A stretch of 64,000 nt of DNA from Candidatus Nomurabacteria bacterium (GCA_020632135.1 JACKGC010000001.1:446134-510133); one strand, 5' to 3'; shown: positions 1-9,661, numbered from the stretch's first letter. Translations and numbers: made by a program. The notes: generated from the sequence alone by a model not told the origin.

Positions 1-15
1 GTAAAACTGAGAGAG

Positions 16-21
16 GTATAA
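16..21 (+). promoter_or_regulatory. candidate -10 box (TATAAT) for the first operon
   Basis: tataat hexamer lies about 30 nt upstream of the ATG at 52. No obvious -35. Sequence only. Confidence 0.3.
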
Positions 22-51
22 TGTACCAGCTTACTCACTAACACTACACCC

Positions 52-726
52 ATGGCCCACTTTGAGATCGAAGTCAAAAGCCTCCTTGGCGAAAAAGAGC
101 GTGCCGAAGCGCTGAAGAAGAAGATGCAGGAACTCGATCCAGCGTGCGTATGCACGTCAACCAATACGCAGCTCAACCACTACTTTGAAGGTGGAGATAT
201 CAAAGAATTATACAAAAAGGTCGAACATCTTTTTTCAGGCGAACAGCACGAGAAATTTCACACCATTGCAGAGAAGGGGAGCGATTGCTCAGTGCGCACG
301 CGCCAGCGCGATGATGAGGTGCTTCTTGTAGTGAAGGCATCGATCGATGGCGGAGTGAGCTCTAATGGGGTACAGCGCATGGAATTTGAAGAACCGGTTG
401 CGATCACGCTCGATGAACTCGATGCGCTAGTGCAGGCGGCTGGCTATATGTACCAAGCCAAGTGGTCGCGCGAGCGAGAGGAATACGCCTACAAAGGTGC
501 CAACGTCTGCATTGATCGCAACGCTGGCTATGGCTACCTGGCAGAGTTTGAGAAGATAGTTGCCGAAGCGGGCGAGGCGGATGTGGTGCGCAGTGAGCTT
601 GATGCTTTAATGGTGGAGCTCGAAGTCGAAGAGCTAAGTCAGGACCGCCTCGCCCGCATGTTTGATTTCTACAACCAAAACTGGCCTGAGTACTATGGCA
701 CCACTAAGGTGTTTGTAATTGAGTAG
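52..726 (+). CDS. CYTH-domain protein (class IV adenylate cyclase / triphosphatase-like)
   Basis: N-terminal 'HFEIEVKSLL' matches the EXEXK signature of CYTH domains. 224 aa. First gene of the dTMP operon. Confidence 0.55.
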   Translation: MAHFEIEVKSLLGEKERAEALKKKMQELDPACVCTSTNTQLNHYFEGGDIKELYKKVEHLFSGEQHEKFHTIAEKGSDCSVRTRQRDDEVLLVVKASIDGGVSSNGVQRMEFEEPVAITLDELDALVQAAGYMYQAKWSREREEYAYKGANVCIDRNAGYGYLAEFEKIVAEAGEADVVRSELDALMVELEVEELSQDRLARMFDFYNQNWPEYYGTTKVFVIE

Positions 727-727
727 T

Positions 728-1285
728 ATGTTCCTCTCCGACCTAGATATCCTCGCAGCAGTGAAAAACGAAGAGATCACGCTCGAGCCGTTTGATAAAA
801 AGCGCTTGCAACCAGCAAGTTACGACATCTTGCTTGGTAATAAGTTCGTAGTGAATGATGAGCACGAGACGCACTATATCGACCCAGCACGCCAACGTTT
901 TGCTAAGACCCGCGAGATCGAAGTGGCTGACGGTGCCGAATTCGTCTTGCACCCAGGTGTGTCGGTACTGGCAATATCCAAGGAGTTCTTTGGTTCCAAT
1001 CATTATTTGGTGCAGGTTGGCGGGAAGTCATCGCTCGCCCGAGTGGGACTGATGATCCATAACACGGCTGGCCTCATCAACCCTGGTCACTTCCTCCACA
1101 TCACCTTTGAGCTTTGTAACCTCAACAACGTTCCGATCGTGCTACGTCCAGGTATGGAAATCGCGCAGTTGACCTTTTCAAAACTATCGAGCCCGCCGAG
1201 TACGGCGTACGATAACGTAGCGCGCGGTAAGGACAACTGGGAGAGTAACTTCAAAGGTCGCGATCTTTTAGACACTAATTCATAA
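728..1285 (+). CDS. dcd: dCTP deaminase
   Basis: Motifs 'PASYDILLG' and 'GLMIHNTAGLINPGH' are typical of the Dcd/dUTPase superfamily. 185 aa. The ATG at 728 starts 2 nt after the upstream stop. Confidence 0.85.
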   Translation: MFLSDLDILAAVKNEEITLEPFDKKRLQPASYDILLGNKFVVNDEHETHYIDPARQRFAKTREIEVADGAEFVLHPGVSVLAISKEFFGSNHYLVQVGGKSSLARVGLMIHNTAGLINPGHFLHITFELCNLNNVPIVLRPGMEIAQLTFSKLSSPPSTAYDNVARGKDNWESNFKGRDLLDTNS

Positions 1286-1289
1286 AATC

Positions 1290-2303
1290 ATGGAACAGAA
1301 ACATCCTGAATACCAGTATCTCGATCTGTGCCGAGACATCCTCGATACTGGTGCCGATAAAGAACTGTTTTTTAACGATGTCGTGTTAGAGCAGTATAAG
1401 AAAGAAGGGAAGGAGCCCCCGTTCATTCGTAGTGTGTTTGGCCGACAAATCCGCTTTGATCTTTCTGAAGGTTTTCCGCTCCTCACTACCAAGAAGACTT
1501 TCTGGCGCGGTATCACCACTGAGCTTTTGTGGTTCCTCTCAGGTAGCTCAAACATCAAACCGCTGATCGACCAGAACAATCATATCTGGGATGAATGGGC
1601 CTGGAAGATGTACCACATGTGGGCAATCGAACATGCACCAGAAGAGGACATGACGCAGGATGATTTCATCGCCAAGCTGACAAAACTGCCGGAAGAAGAC
1701 GCGTTCGTGCAAAAGTGGGGAGATCTTATCACTATCTATGGCCGCATGTGGCGACGGTGGCCTGCCAAAGATGGACGTGAGATCGATCAGCTCGGATGGG
1801 TCATTGAGGGTCTGAAGACCAAACCGGACCGGAAAAGCTATGTGGTCAATGCGTGGAATCCTGATTTTATCTACGCCATGGCCTCAGAAGGGCAGCAGTC
1901 GCAGGTGCCACCGTTTTGTCACACCATGTTCCAATTTCAAGTCGCGAACGGGAAGCTTAATCTTGGGTTGTATCAGCGCTCCGCCGACCTCTTCCTTGGT
2001 GTACCCTTCAATATCGCGAGTTACGCGCTCTTGCTGCAGATGGTGGCGCAAGTGGTCGATATTCCACCCGGTGAATTTGTGCATAGCTTCGGTGACGTAC
2101 ATATCTACTCCAACCACTTCGACCAGGTGAAGGAGCAGCTCACTCGTGAACCGTATCCATTCCCAACGGTGAAGCTCAATCCGGCGGTGAAGGATATTGA
2201 CGGCTTCACACTTGAGGATATAGAACTGATTGATTACCAAGCACACCCATCGCTTAAGGCCGAGATTGCCAATATTGGGGGGTTTGAGGAGAAGAAAAAA
2301 TGA
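1290..2303 (+). CDS. thyA: thymidylate synthase ThyA (with ~70-aa insertion)
   Basis: 'FPLLTTKK', 'PPFCHTMFQFQV' (catalytic Cys) and 'YQRSADLFLGVPFNIASYALLLQMVAQ' are diagnostic for ThyA. An extra segment after the first ~100 aa gives 337 aa. Confidence 0.9.
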   Translation: MEQKHPEYQYLDLCRDILDTGADKELFFNDVVLEQYKKEGKEPPFIRSVFGRQIRFDLSEGFPLLTTKKTFWRGITTELLWFLSGSSNIKPLIDQNNHIWDEWAWKMYHMWAIEHAPEEDMTQDDFIAKLTKLPEEDAFVQKWGDLITIYGRMWRRWPAKDGREIDQLGWVIEGLKTKPDRKSYVVNAWNPDFIYAMASEGQQSQVPPFCHTMFQFQVANGKLNLGLYQRSADLFLGVPFNIASYALLLQMVAQVVDIPPGEFVHSFGDVHIYSNHFDQVKEQLTREPYPFPTVKLNPAVKDIDGFTLEDIELIDYQAHPSLKAEIANIGGFEEKKK

Positions 2304-2368
2304 GTCTCGAGCACAGGTACCAGCAACCCAAGAGAATGTGCTACCATGGGAGGGCAAAATAAAATGAT

Positions 2369-3031
2369 ATGTCAGGAAAATTAATTGTGATCGAAGGTGC
2401 AGATGGAGCAGGAAAGGCGACCCAGGTCGATCTCTTGACCGAGCGCTTGCGCGGTGAGGGGGTTGAGGTCGAATCACTTGAGTTCCCCCGCTACGATGAG
2501 ACCTTCTTTGGCTCATACATCAAAGAGTGGCTCGATGAGATGCACGGCAATTTCATTGAGCTTGATCCACGCTTGTCAGCCATCCTCTTTGCAGGAGATC
2601 GTTTTGAGACGAGAGACATTGTCGCTGGGTGGCTTGAGGCAGGGAAGCATGTCATCCTTGATCGGTATGTGAGCGCAAGCATGTTGCACCAAGGAGCAAA
2701 GATCACTGACATCGAGAAGCGCGGAGCGTTCTTGCTGTGGCTTCAGCGACTTGAATATGATGTGTTCAAAGCTGCTCGGCCAGACATGGTGGTGTACCTC
2801 GACATGCCAGCAGAGACTCGCCATGCACTCCTCACGACCGACGAACGCAAGCCCAATCTTGGCCACACTGAGACCGATGAGATGTATCAGGCAGCACTGC
2901 AGAAGTGCGCCGAGCATGTGGCTGGCTTGGAGAAGTGGCGCATCGTATCTTGTCTCATGGACGGCAAGTTGCGGAGCAAGGACAATATTAATACTGAACT
3001 GTACGGTCTCGTTCGACCGCTACTTAACTAA
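2369..3031 (+). CDS. tmk: thymidylate kinase
   Basis: P-loop 'IVIEGADGAGKATQ' and a LID region 'DRYV'. 220 aa. Confidence 0.9.
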   Translation: MSGKLIVIEGADGAGKATQVDLLTERLRGEGVEVESLEFPRYDETFFGSYIKEWLDEMHGNFIELDPRLSAILFAGDRFETRDIVAGWLEAGKHVILDRYVSASMLHQGAKITDIEKRGAFLLWLQRLEYDVFKAARPDMVVYLDMPAETRHALLTTDERKPNLGHTETDEMYQAALQKCAEHVAGLEKWRIVSCLMDGKLRSKDNINTELYGLVRPLLN

Positions 3032-3435
3032 TGTTACCTATGGAAATTCTCATCAAACGACTCAATGACAATGCACGCTTGCCAGCGTATGGCCGAGAGG
3101 CAGGGCCCGGTATCGATCTGTATGCACTGGATGATGTCACCATTGAACCAGGCGAGCGTGTCTTGGTGCAGACCGGAGTGGCACTGGCGATGCCGGTCGG
3201 ATATATCGGTCTCATTTGGAGTCAGCGAGGTATGACCACGCAGAACGCGATGAAGGTTACAACTGATATCGTCGATTCTGGCTATCGAGAGGAAGTGCGA
3301 GTAGAGCTTACCAACACAGGAAGTGAACAGATACACTTTGCAGCGGGTGAGCCAATTGCGCAGCTCCTAGTACAGCAGGCTCAGCACGCACATCTCATTG
3401 AAGCCGAAGATCTTGGCGGTGATACTGAAAAATGA
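3031..3435 (+). CDS. dut: dUTP diphosphatase
   Basis: 'ARLPAYGREAGPGIDLYA' and 'IVDSGYRGEV'-like motifs. 134 aa. Its ATG overlaps the tmk stop (TAATG). Confidence 0.85.
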   Translation: MLPMEILIKRLNDNARLPAYGREAGPGIDLYALDDVTIEPGERVLVQTGVALAMPVGYIGLIWSQRGMTTQNAMKVTTDIVDSGYREEVRVELTNTGSEQIHFAAGEPIAQLLVQQAQHAHLIEAEDLGGDTEK

Positions 3436-3464
3436 TCCGCTGTGCGTGTTGACGCAAGTACGTC

Positions 3465-4733
3465 ATGGAACACTACAAATACATTAAAGCCCAAGACAGT
3501 GAAGTGTATGATGCGCTCATTGGGGAAGAGGAGCGCGAGCGCACGGGTATTGAGCTTATCCCGAGTGAGAATTACGTGAGTCTCGCGGTACGTGAGGCAG
3601 AGGGGTCGGTACTGACCAACAAATACGCGGAAGGCTACCCCGGCCGGCGCTACTACGGCGGGCAGCAGTATACCGATGTGGTAGAGACGTTGGCCATCGA
3701 GCGGGCGAAGCAGCTTTTTAATTGTGCGTATGCTAACGTGCAGCCCCTTGGTGGTGCAGCGGCTAACGTGGCTATGTACTTTGCGCTCATGGAGCCGGGC
3801 GATACCGTGCTTGGAATGGACCTCTCGCACGGAGGACACCTCACCCACGGACATCCAACCACCAGTATCAATAAGGTCTTTAATTTTGTCCGGTATAAAA
3901 TGAAGGATGTCGATACGGGTGAGATCGACTATGAGCACTTACGACAGATGGCGCTCAAGCACAAACCAAAGATCATCTTGGCGGGCTTCTCAGCGTACTC
4001 CCGAGAACTCGATTATGCGAAGTTTGTAGCGATCGCGAAAGAGGTTGGTGCGTACACCGTAGCAGATGTGGCGCACATCGCGGGGCTGATCGCTGCGGGG
4101 GCTTTGCGTAACCCGTTTGACGACGGCTTCGATGTGATGACGACTACCACGCATAAGACACTCCGCGGCCCCCGCGGCGGCATGATCCTGGTGCGGGAGA
4201 GCGAAGATCTCGCGAAGCGTATTAACAAGACCGTTTTCCCGGGAGTACAAGGAGGACCACATATGCATATCATTGCAGCTAAGGCAGTAGCGTTTGGCGA
4301 AGCACTTCACCCCCGTTTCAAGATATACGCAGTGCAGGTGTTAAAAAATGCCAAAGCAATGGAGCAGGTGTTTAAAGCACACAACATTCGGCTGCTTGGC
4401 GGTGGCACCGATAATCACCTGCTCCTGGCTGATGTGTATGGCTCGCTGGGTATTACGGGTGCCGAAGCGGAAGCCGTTCTCGATGAGGTCGGTATCACGC
4501 TCAACAAGAACATGATCGCTGATGAGCCGCGCACCGCACTTGACCCTTCCGGCATCCGCTTCGGCACCCCGGCCATGACCACCCGCGGGATGGGGGAGGG
4601 GGAGGCAGCTGCGCTTGCCGAGCTCATGATCCGTACCCTGAATGCAAAAGACGACCCAGTCGAGAAAGCAAAGATCAAAGCTCAGGTGCAACAGCTCTGC
4701 GAGCAATTCCCAGTGCCACCTGCCTTTGTGTAG
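3465..4733 (+). CDS. glyA: serine hydroxymethyltransferase
   Basis: 'LIPSENYVS', 'TNKYAEGYPGRRYYGG' and 'THKTLRGPRGG' (PLP-binding Lys) are canonical SHMT motifs. 422 aa. Confidence 0.95.
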   Translation: MEHYKYIKAQDSEVYDALIGEEERERTGIELIPSENYVSLAVREAEGSVLTNKYAEGYPGRRYYGGQQYTDVVETLAIERAKQLFNCAYANVQPLGGAAANVAMYFALMEPGDTVLGMDLSHGGHLTHGHPTTSINKVFNFVRYKMKDVDTGEIDYEHLRQMALKHKPKIILAGFSAYSRELDYAKFVAIAKEVGAYTVADVAHIAGLIAAGALRNPFDDGFDVMTTTTHKTLRGPRGGMILVRESEDLAKRINKTVFPGVQGGPHMHIIAAKAVAFGEALHPRFKIYAVQVLKNAKAMEQVFKAHNIRLLGGGTDNHLLLADVYGSLGITGAEAEAVLDEVGITLNKNMIADEPRTALDPSGIRFGTPAMTTRGMGEGEAAALAELMIRTLNAKDDPVEKAKIKAQVQQLCEQFPVPPAFV

Positions 4734-4840
4734 TACTTGTCTGCCTGTTCACTTCTGCCACCATTACGTTGATCGCCTCTCCTCAGATATGGTGACTCGA
4801 AAGGAAACAGGTGTTCGTGAATGAGTAAAACGCCCATTCG

Positions 4841-4875
4841 CCCGCTAGTTCCGTCCGAGGTAGCGGGTTTTTTTA
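4841..4875 (+). terminator. rho-independent terminator after glyA
   Basis: A 7-bp stem (cccgcta ... tagcggg) followed by a T7 run. Confidence 0.55.
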
Positions 4876-5003
4876 GTACTGATTTTGTGTATAACCGATG
4901 CATTGATGAGCAGTCGGTAATGGTTTAATAATACAAAGGCACAACATATTATTTATTTCACGTGTCTGATCAATTTCTCTATTACTTTTTACCCGTATCC
5001 ACT

Positions 5004-8000
5004 ATGTTTAGAAATGTTCTTGTCGCGCTCACCTTACTCGTCACTCTAACCACTCCTGCTCTGGCTCAAGAAGCTGATGTCCCCGCGTACGTACTTGAAA
5101 CTACCACGTACGAACAGCTTGAGGCGCTCACGCCCGAACAACAGCAGGTAGTACGCGAGTATTACGATAATTTGCGAGCCTCAAAGGGGCGTACCGTGAC
5201 CGTCGTGGCCACCGTAGAGTTTGATGATGTTAAGGTGGTGCGGCACGAAGGCAACGAGGTAGACGTGACCTTTACTCTCCTCAACGGCAAGGGTGCACAA
5301 CCAGACATGCGCTACAAACTCGATCTCATCTATGACAACGACGGCAACGATGCGCCAGTGATCATTGATACGATGGTGTATCCAGAGGTGCTCTCGGTGA
5401 GTGAAGGTGAGACGTTGGTACAGAATGTTACCTACACAGCGCCAGCGTATCTCACTGGTGTCTACCAGCTCTATCTCACTGTTGAGAACAGTTCCGGCCT
5501 CACACTAGCGATCGGAACCGTAGAGGGATACCTAGAACTAGAGGGCACGGGTGAGTACGTGAATTTGGCCCCAGGCAATTGCTATTTGGCGGTCAGTGGC
5601 ACGGATGAGCAATTTGATTTAGAGCAAGGTGTTGATGTCATGCCGGGCAGTGATACCATCACTGCGCACTGTGAGGTACAGAGCTTTCTCGGGACTGAGC
5701 AAGCCATCTACCCAGTACTGGGTGTTCGAGAGCGTTCAATGCTCGGTGATGTGGTCGCACCAGAGCAGATCTTGCAGAGTGCGGTGGTGACCGCGCCCGC
5801 GGAAGGAAGCTTCTCATTCTCAGCGCCACTCACCATTCCGGCTGACCCGCAGTCATATGATGCGACACTGTATTTCCAGAACTCTGCGGGAGCCAAGATC
5901 TCCAATACCATCCCACTGCACTTTGTGGTGCAAGGTCTTAGTGCCACTATTCAGAATGTGGTACTCAATGCTGATGCGTATAAGGCAGGGGATGAGGCCG
6001 TAGTACAGTTCACCTGGTCTGGCTCAGCTGGCAGTTTTGAGGGAGCGCGCTATGAAAGTATCGGTCTCGATGACCCTCGCGTGGTCCTGCAGGTGGCTGA
6101 CCATACCGGTATTACATGCTCAGCCGAGCAGTCATTCCCGCTTACCGAAGGTGAACAGGTGGTCAACTTGCGTTTGCCGATCGCAAGCGACTGTGCGTAC
6201 CCACTCGTGAGTGCGTACCTATACGACGGAACAACCTTACTTGATACGAAAGAACTTTCTTTTGGGACACCAGAGGCGAAGCCTGCGAGCCTGCCAGCAG
6301 GCGATGACGAAGAAGAGAGCGCTGGAATAGTGGTAACCGTGTTGCTACTCATACTTCTGTTGGTGGCAGTTGTTGGAGTGGTGTGGTACCTGAAGCAGTC
6401 AGAACAGGGAGGTGGCGATGATGACCGTGACGAAGCAAGCGATTCTGATGGCCAGAGAGGACAGGTGCCGCCAGTCGGAATGGCCCTCTTGTTTCTTGGA
6501 GTGCTCCTTACCGGCTTCTCCCTGCCAGCTGGAGAAGCGCAGGCGGTGACCATCTTTATTTCTGATTACACCGCGCAAGATTCTAGTAACGCGCAGGGAG
6601 AGTATGAGTGGAAGACGCATACGTATACGTTGCAGACGGGCTTGGTGTATCAGCCAGGCGATCCGATCTTGGTGGAGTACGAGGGCGTTGACGAGCAGTT
6701 CATGTGTGACAATATCCCACAAGATTTTTGTAATTTTATTTGGACACAACTCAGTACTTTTCCCGATGGTGAGATAACCAGCGGTTGTTTTGACGATGAT
6801 GGTACCTGGGATGGTTGTTCAACCTCACACTACCAGCTGAACGATAAGCGCACTGCAGGCTGGAATCCAGTTACCCAGTCAAATATTGTGAGCGAAGAGG
6901 ACTGTAGTTTGTACTCCAAGACCAGCTATCACGATGGTAGCGCGGTCGGGAGCGTGAGCGGTAACCGGGTACATGTCGTGACCTGGATCGCACTCAGCGC
7001 CCCACAAACACCTGGAGACTATTGGCTCTTGGCCGATATTAATGAAGAGGAAGACGCAGTCGAGCCCGAAGCGGTCTACGGCTGGGCAATCACGGTGGGT
7101 GGTCCACCGGCTAATAATCCACCGGTGGCAAAGATCATCCTTCCAACTGACCAGCCGGTGTACCACCTTGCGTCTGCTGCATTGGTGCACTTTGATGGTA
7201 TTGGGACTGACCCTGATGGCGATGCGATTGCGTGTTACTCATGGGGTACTACCTGTAGCGCGGCGCGTGGATCGAGCGATTGTAACGGCTCTGGCTACGG
7301 TCCAAGCAATAGGTACAACACAAAAACGTACGATCGAACGTACAGTAGCTCTAATACCTGGACGCTGGCGGTGCGAGACGAACGTGGCGCATGGTCTGAG
7401 TGTGATCAGGTATATATTGCTTTCAATGAACCTGACTACGCTGTACCAGTGGCTGTGATTGACCTGCCAAGTAGTAATATCACAGTTAGTGCAGGGGATT
7501 CTGTGCACTTCAAGGGTCATGGTGATGATGCTGATGGAGTGATTGATACTCTCGTGTGGACGAGTGGCTCATGTTACGGAGATGTAATTCGAGAGACTAT
7601 AACGCATTCAAATCAATTATATTGGGACGAGTTTGATCGGTCATTCATATTGACCAGTGAGATCTTCTTGAAGGTTGAAGACGACGACAGCAACTGGTCG
7701 GATTGTGTGTCTGTAAGAGTGACTACTGACGGTGTCTTACCAAACCCACCAACGGTTGACCTCAAAGCAGATGGTTCTGATGGCCCGGTCAACAAATTCG
7801 TAGGAGAAGATGTGCGTTTGTCCTGGACCAGTGATGCTGATGTGTGTGCAGCCGCTTGGACCACTAAGGTGACCCGCTCTGGCTACCAGGATCTCACCAA
7901 CCTCGCTGCAACCACTACCTACTCGGTGACCTGTACCGATAACTCCAATGGCCTGTCTGCCACCGACTCAGTGATCGTCGGTGTATCAGAGATACCGAAT

Positions 8001-9500
8001 AGTGTTCCGGAGGCTTTCATCGATCTACCAGCTACTGACGTGAGTATTGTTGACGGCGGCACGGTGAACTTCAATGGTCACGGCACTGACAGTGACGGCA
8101 CCATCGTAGCGTACAAGTGGAGCAATACCTGTGGCGGTGCAGCATTGAATGGAAATCAATCGATCTCAACCTACACCTCAGCCTCTCTCGGCGTTGGCAC
8201 TCATACGTTCTACTTCCATGTGCAGGATAACGCGGGTGTCTGGTCGTCTAACTGTCCGTTCCGGACTATTACAGTGACTCCGAATACGCCACCGCAAGCT
8301 TTCATTGATCTACCGGTTTCAAATACCAGCGTGAGCGAGGGCAGTACGGTGAACTTCAACGGTCACGGCACCGACAGCGACGGCACGATCACGGCCTACA
8401 AGTGGAGCACTACCTGTGGCGGTGCAGCATTGAATGGAAATCAATCGATCTCAACCTACACCTCAGCCTCTCTCGGCGTTGGCACTCATACGTTCTACTT
8501 CCATGTGCAGGATGACGACAGTGACTGGTCTACTAATTGTCCTTCACGAACCATTACAGTCGACCCTCGTCCGACCGTCACCCTCAAAGGCAACAACCAA
8601 ACCGGGTCTGTAACTGTTAACGAGGGGGGTAGTGTCAACCTCACTTGGACTGCCACTGATGCTGACAGCTGTACAGCCAGTGATGACTGGAGCGGTAGCG
8701 GCAAGCCAGCCAACAACCTGATCGGTGAAAATCAATCAAACATTCTAAGTAGCAAAACCTATACGATCACCTGTACCGGCTCTGGCGGCACCTCAGACCC
8801 TTCAACGGTGAATGTCACCGTCTCCCTCCTCTCAAACCTGCAGGTAAGCCTAGGCAGCATTCAGTTCGAGAACTTTGACTCAATTGGAGGAGTGTACCAA
8901 GATGTCAAAGTGAACTATATCGTTAGAAATGTCGGTAGTGCATCGGTGGGCAAGGTCTCACACCTCAGACTACAGCTCGACCTTAACAACAATTCTAGTG
9001 TCGATGTCACCTCGCCAGCCATCAACATTCCTAACCTAGCGGGGTTAACTGGAGAATACACGAGCTCGTACACGTTCTCTCCAGCTGGCGGAGTAACTCC
9101 AAACACCGATCTCCATAAGATACTGGCAATGATCGACTACGATCTTCAAGTGACTGAGTTTAACGAAGGCGATAACACTGCCGAAAGGACCGGTACCACA
9201 GAATACCCCGACCCGGGCATCGAGCTCACCGCCAACCCAACCGTGGTCCAGACCGGTGCTACCTCAACCCTGACCTGGGATACTAAGCAACCATACGATA
9301 TGGTATGTACCATCACTGGCCCTGGCCTGACTAGTGGCGACACCTTCAATCCAAGCACCGATGGGACCGAAGGTACCCTCTACACCAACCCGATCACCAG
9401 CAAGTCAACCTACCTCCTACGCTGTGTGGTTGGTGCAACCGGACAGACCTTCACTGACACTGCCACCATCGAAACCATTGGAGTGATCGAGGAGATCTAG
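5004..9500 (+). CDS. giant secreted/surface protein (PKD and CARDB domains), paralog A
   Basis: Signal peptide 'MFRNVLVALTLLVTLTTPALA' (the ORF extends upstream from a GTG at 4962; the ATG at 5004 is the likely start). An internal TM helix pair sits near 6320-6545. PKD-like repeats contain '...NFNGHGTDSDGTI.AYKWS...'. A CARDB-like domain ends in 'NEGDNTAE'. The C-terminal ~100 aa are shared with the ORF at 52701-57326. Confidence 0.85.
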   Translation: MFRNVLVALTLLVTLTTPALAQEADVPAYVLETTTYEQLEALTPEQQQVVREYYDNLRASKGRTVTVVATVEFDDVKVVRHEGNEVDVTFTLLNGKGAQPDMRYKLDLIYDNDGNDAPVIIDTMVYPEVLSVSEGETLVQNVTYTAPAYLTGVYQLYLTVENSSGLTLAIGTVEGYLELEGTGEYVNLAPGNCYLAVSGTDEQFDLEQGVDVMPGSDTITAHCEVQSFLGTEQAIYPVLGVRERSMLGDVVAPEQILQSAVVTAPAEGSFSFSAPLTIPADPQSYDATLYFQNSAGAKISNTIPLHFVVQGLSATIQNVVLNADAYKAGDEAVVQFTWSGSAGSFEGARYESIGLDDPRVVLQVADHTGITCSAEQSFPLTEGEQVVNLRLPIASDCAYPLVSAYLYDGTTLLDTKELSFGTPEAKPASLPAGDDEEESAGIVVTVLLLILLLVAVVGVVWYLKQSEQGGGDDDRDEASDSDGQRGQVPPVGMALLFLGVLLTGFSLPAGEAQAVTIFISDYTAQDSSNAQGEYEWKTHTYTLQTGLVYQPGDPILVEYEGVDEQFMCDNIPQDFCNFIWTQLSTFPDGEITSGCFDDDGTWDGCSTSHYQLNDKRTAGWNPVTQSNIVSEEDCSLYSKTSYHDGSAVGSVSGNRVHVVTWIALSAPQTPGDYWLLADINEEEDAVEPEAVYGWAITVGGPPANNPPVAKIILPTDQPVYHLASAALVHFDGIGTDPDGDAIACYSWGTTCSAARGSSDCNGSGYGPSNRYNTKTYDRTYSSSNTWTLAVRDERGAWSECDQVYIAFNEPDYAVPVAVIDLPSSNITVSAGDSVHFKGHGDDADGVIDTLVWTSGSCYGDVIRETITHSNQLYWDEFDRSFILTSEIFLKVEDDDSNWSDCVSVRVTTDGVLPNPPTVDLKADGSDGPVNKFVGEDVRLSWTSDADVCAAAWTTKVTRSGYQDLTNLAATTTYSVTCTDNSNGLSATDSVIVGVSEIPNSVPEAFIDLPATDVSIVDGGTVNFNGHGTDSDGTIVAYKWSNTCGGAALNGNQSISTYTSASLGVGTHTFYFHVQDNAGVWSSNCPFRTITVTPNTPPQAFIDLPVSNTSVSEGSTVNFNGHGTDSDGTITAYKWSTTCGGAALNGNQSISTYTSASLGVGTHTFYFHVQDDDSDWSTNCPSRTITVDPRPTVTLKGNNQTGSVTVNEGGSVNLTWTATDADSCTASDDWSGSGKPANNLIGENQSNILSSKTYTITCTGSGGTSDPSTVNVTVSLLSNLQVSLGSIQFENFDSIGGVYQDVKVNYIVRNVGSASVGKVSHLRLQLDLNNNSSVDVTSPAINIPNLAGLTGEYTSSYTFSPAGGVTPNTDLHKILAMIDYDLQVTEFNEGDNTAERTGTTEYPDPGIELTANPTVVQTGATSTLTWDTKQPYDMVCTITGPGLTSGDTFNPSTDGTEGTLYTNPITSKSTYLLRCVVGATGQTFTDTATIETIGVIEEI
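8014..8577 (+). repeat. intragenic tandem duplication (2 x ~282 nt) encoding two near-identical PKD-like repeats
   Basis: 'AFIDLP..NFNGHGTDSDGTI.AYKWS.TCGGAALNGNQSISTYTSASLGVGTHTFYFHVQD' occurs twice in a row. About 100 nt are identical between the copies. Confidence 0.8.
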
Positions 9501-9521
9501 ACTACAGAACACGAAACAGCA

Positions 9522-9552
9522 CGCCGCCCACGAAGTGGGCGGCGTTTTGTGT
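9522..9552 (+). terminator. rho-independent terminator (identical copy at 57348-57376)
   Basis: cgccgcccac-gaa-gtgggcggcg followed by ttttgtgttttg. Confidence 0.75.
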
Positions 9553-9661
9553 TTTGTACAGAGTGTGGCACGGTGGTCGTCTGAGTGATTCTCTGCTGGT
9601 TGCATTTTTAGCGTGCTTCGGTAGCATGTGACGGGTTAGTACTTTTTGAAGAGGTATTCTC

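Noticed and set aside
4642-4824. 60-aa ORF overlapping the glyA 3' end and terminator
   Set aside because: It overlaps the glyA stop region and the terminator hairpin. Cys/Ser-rich low-complexity translation.
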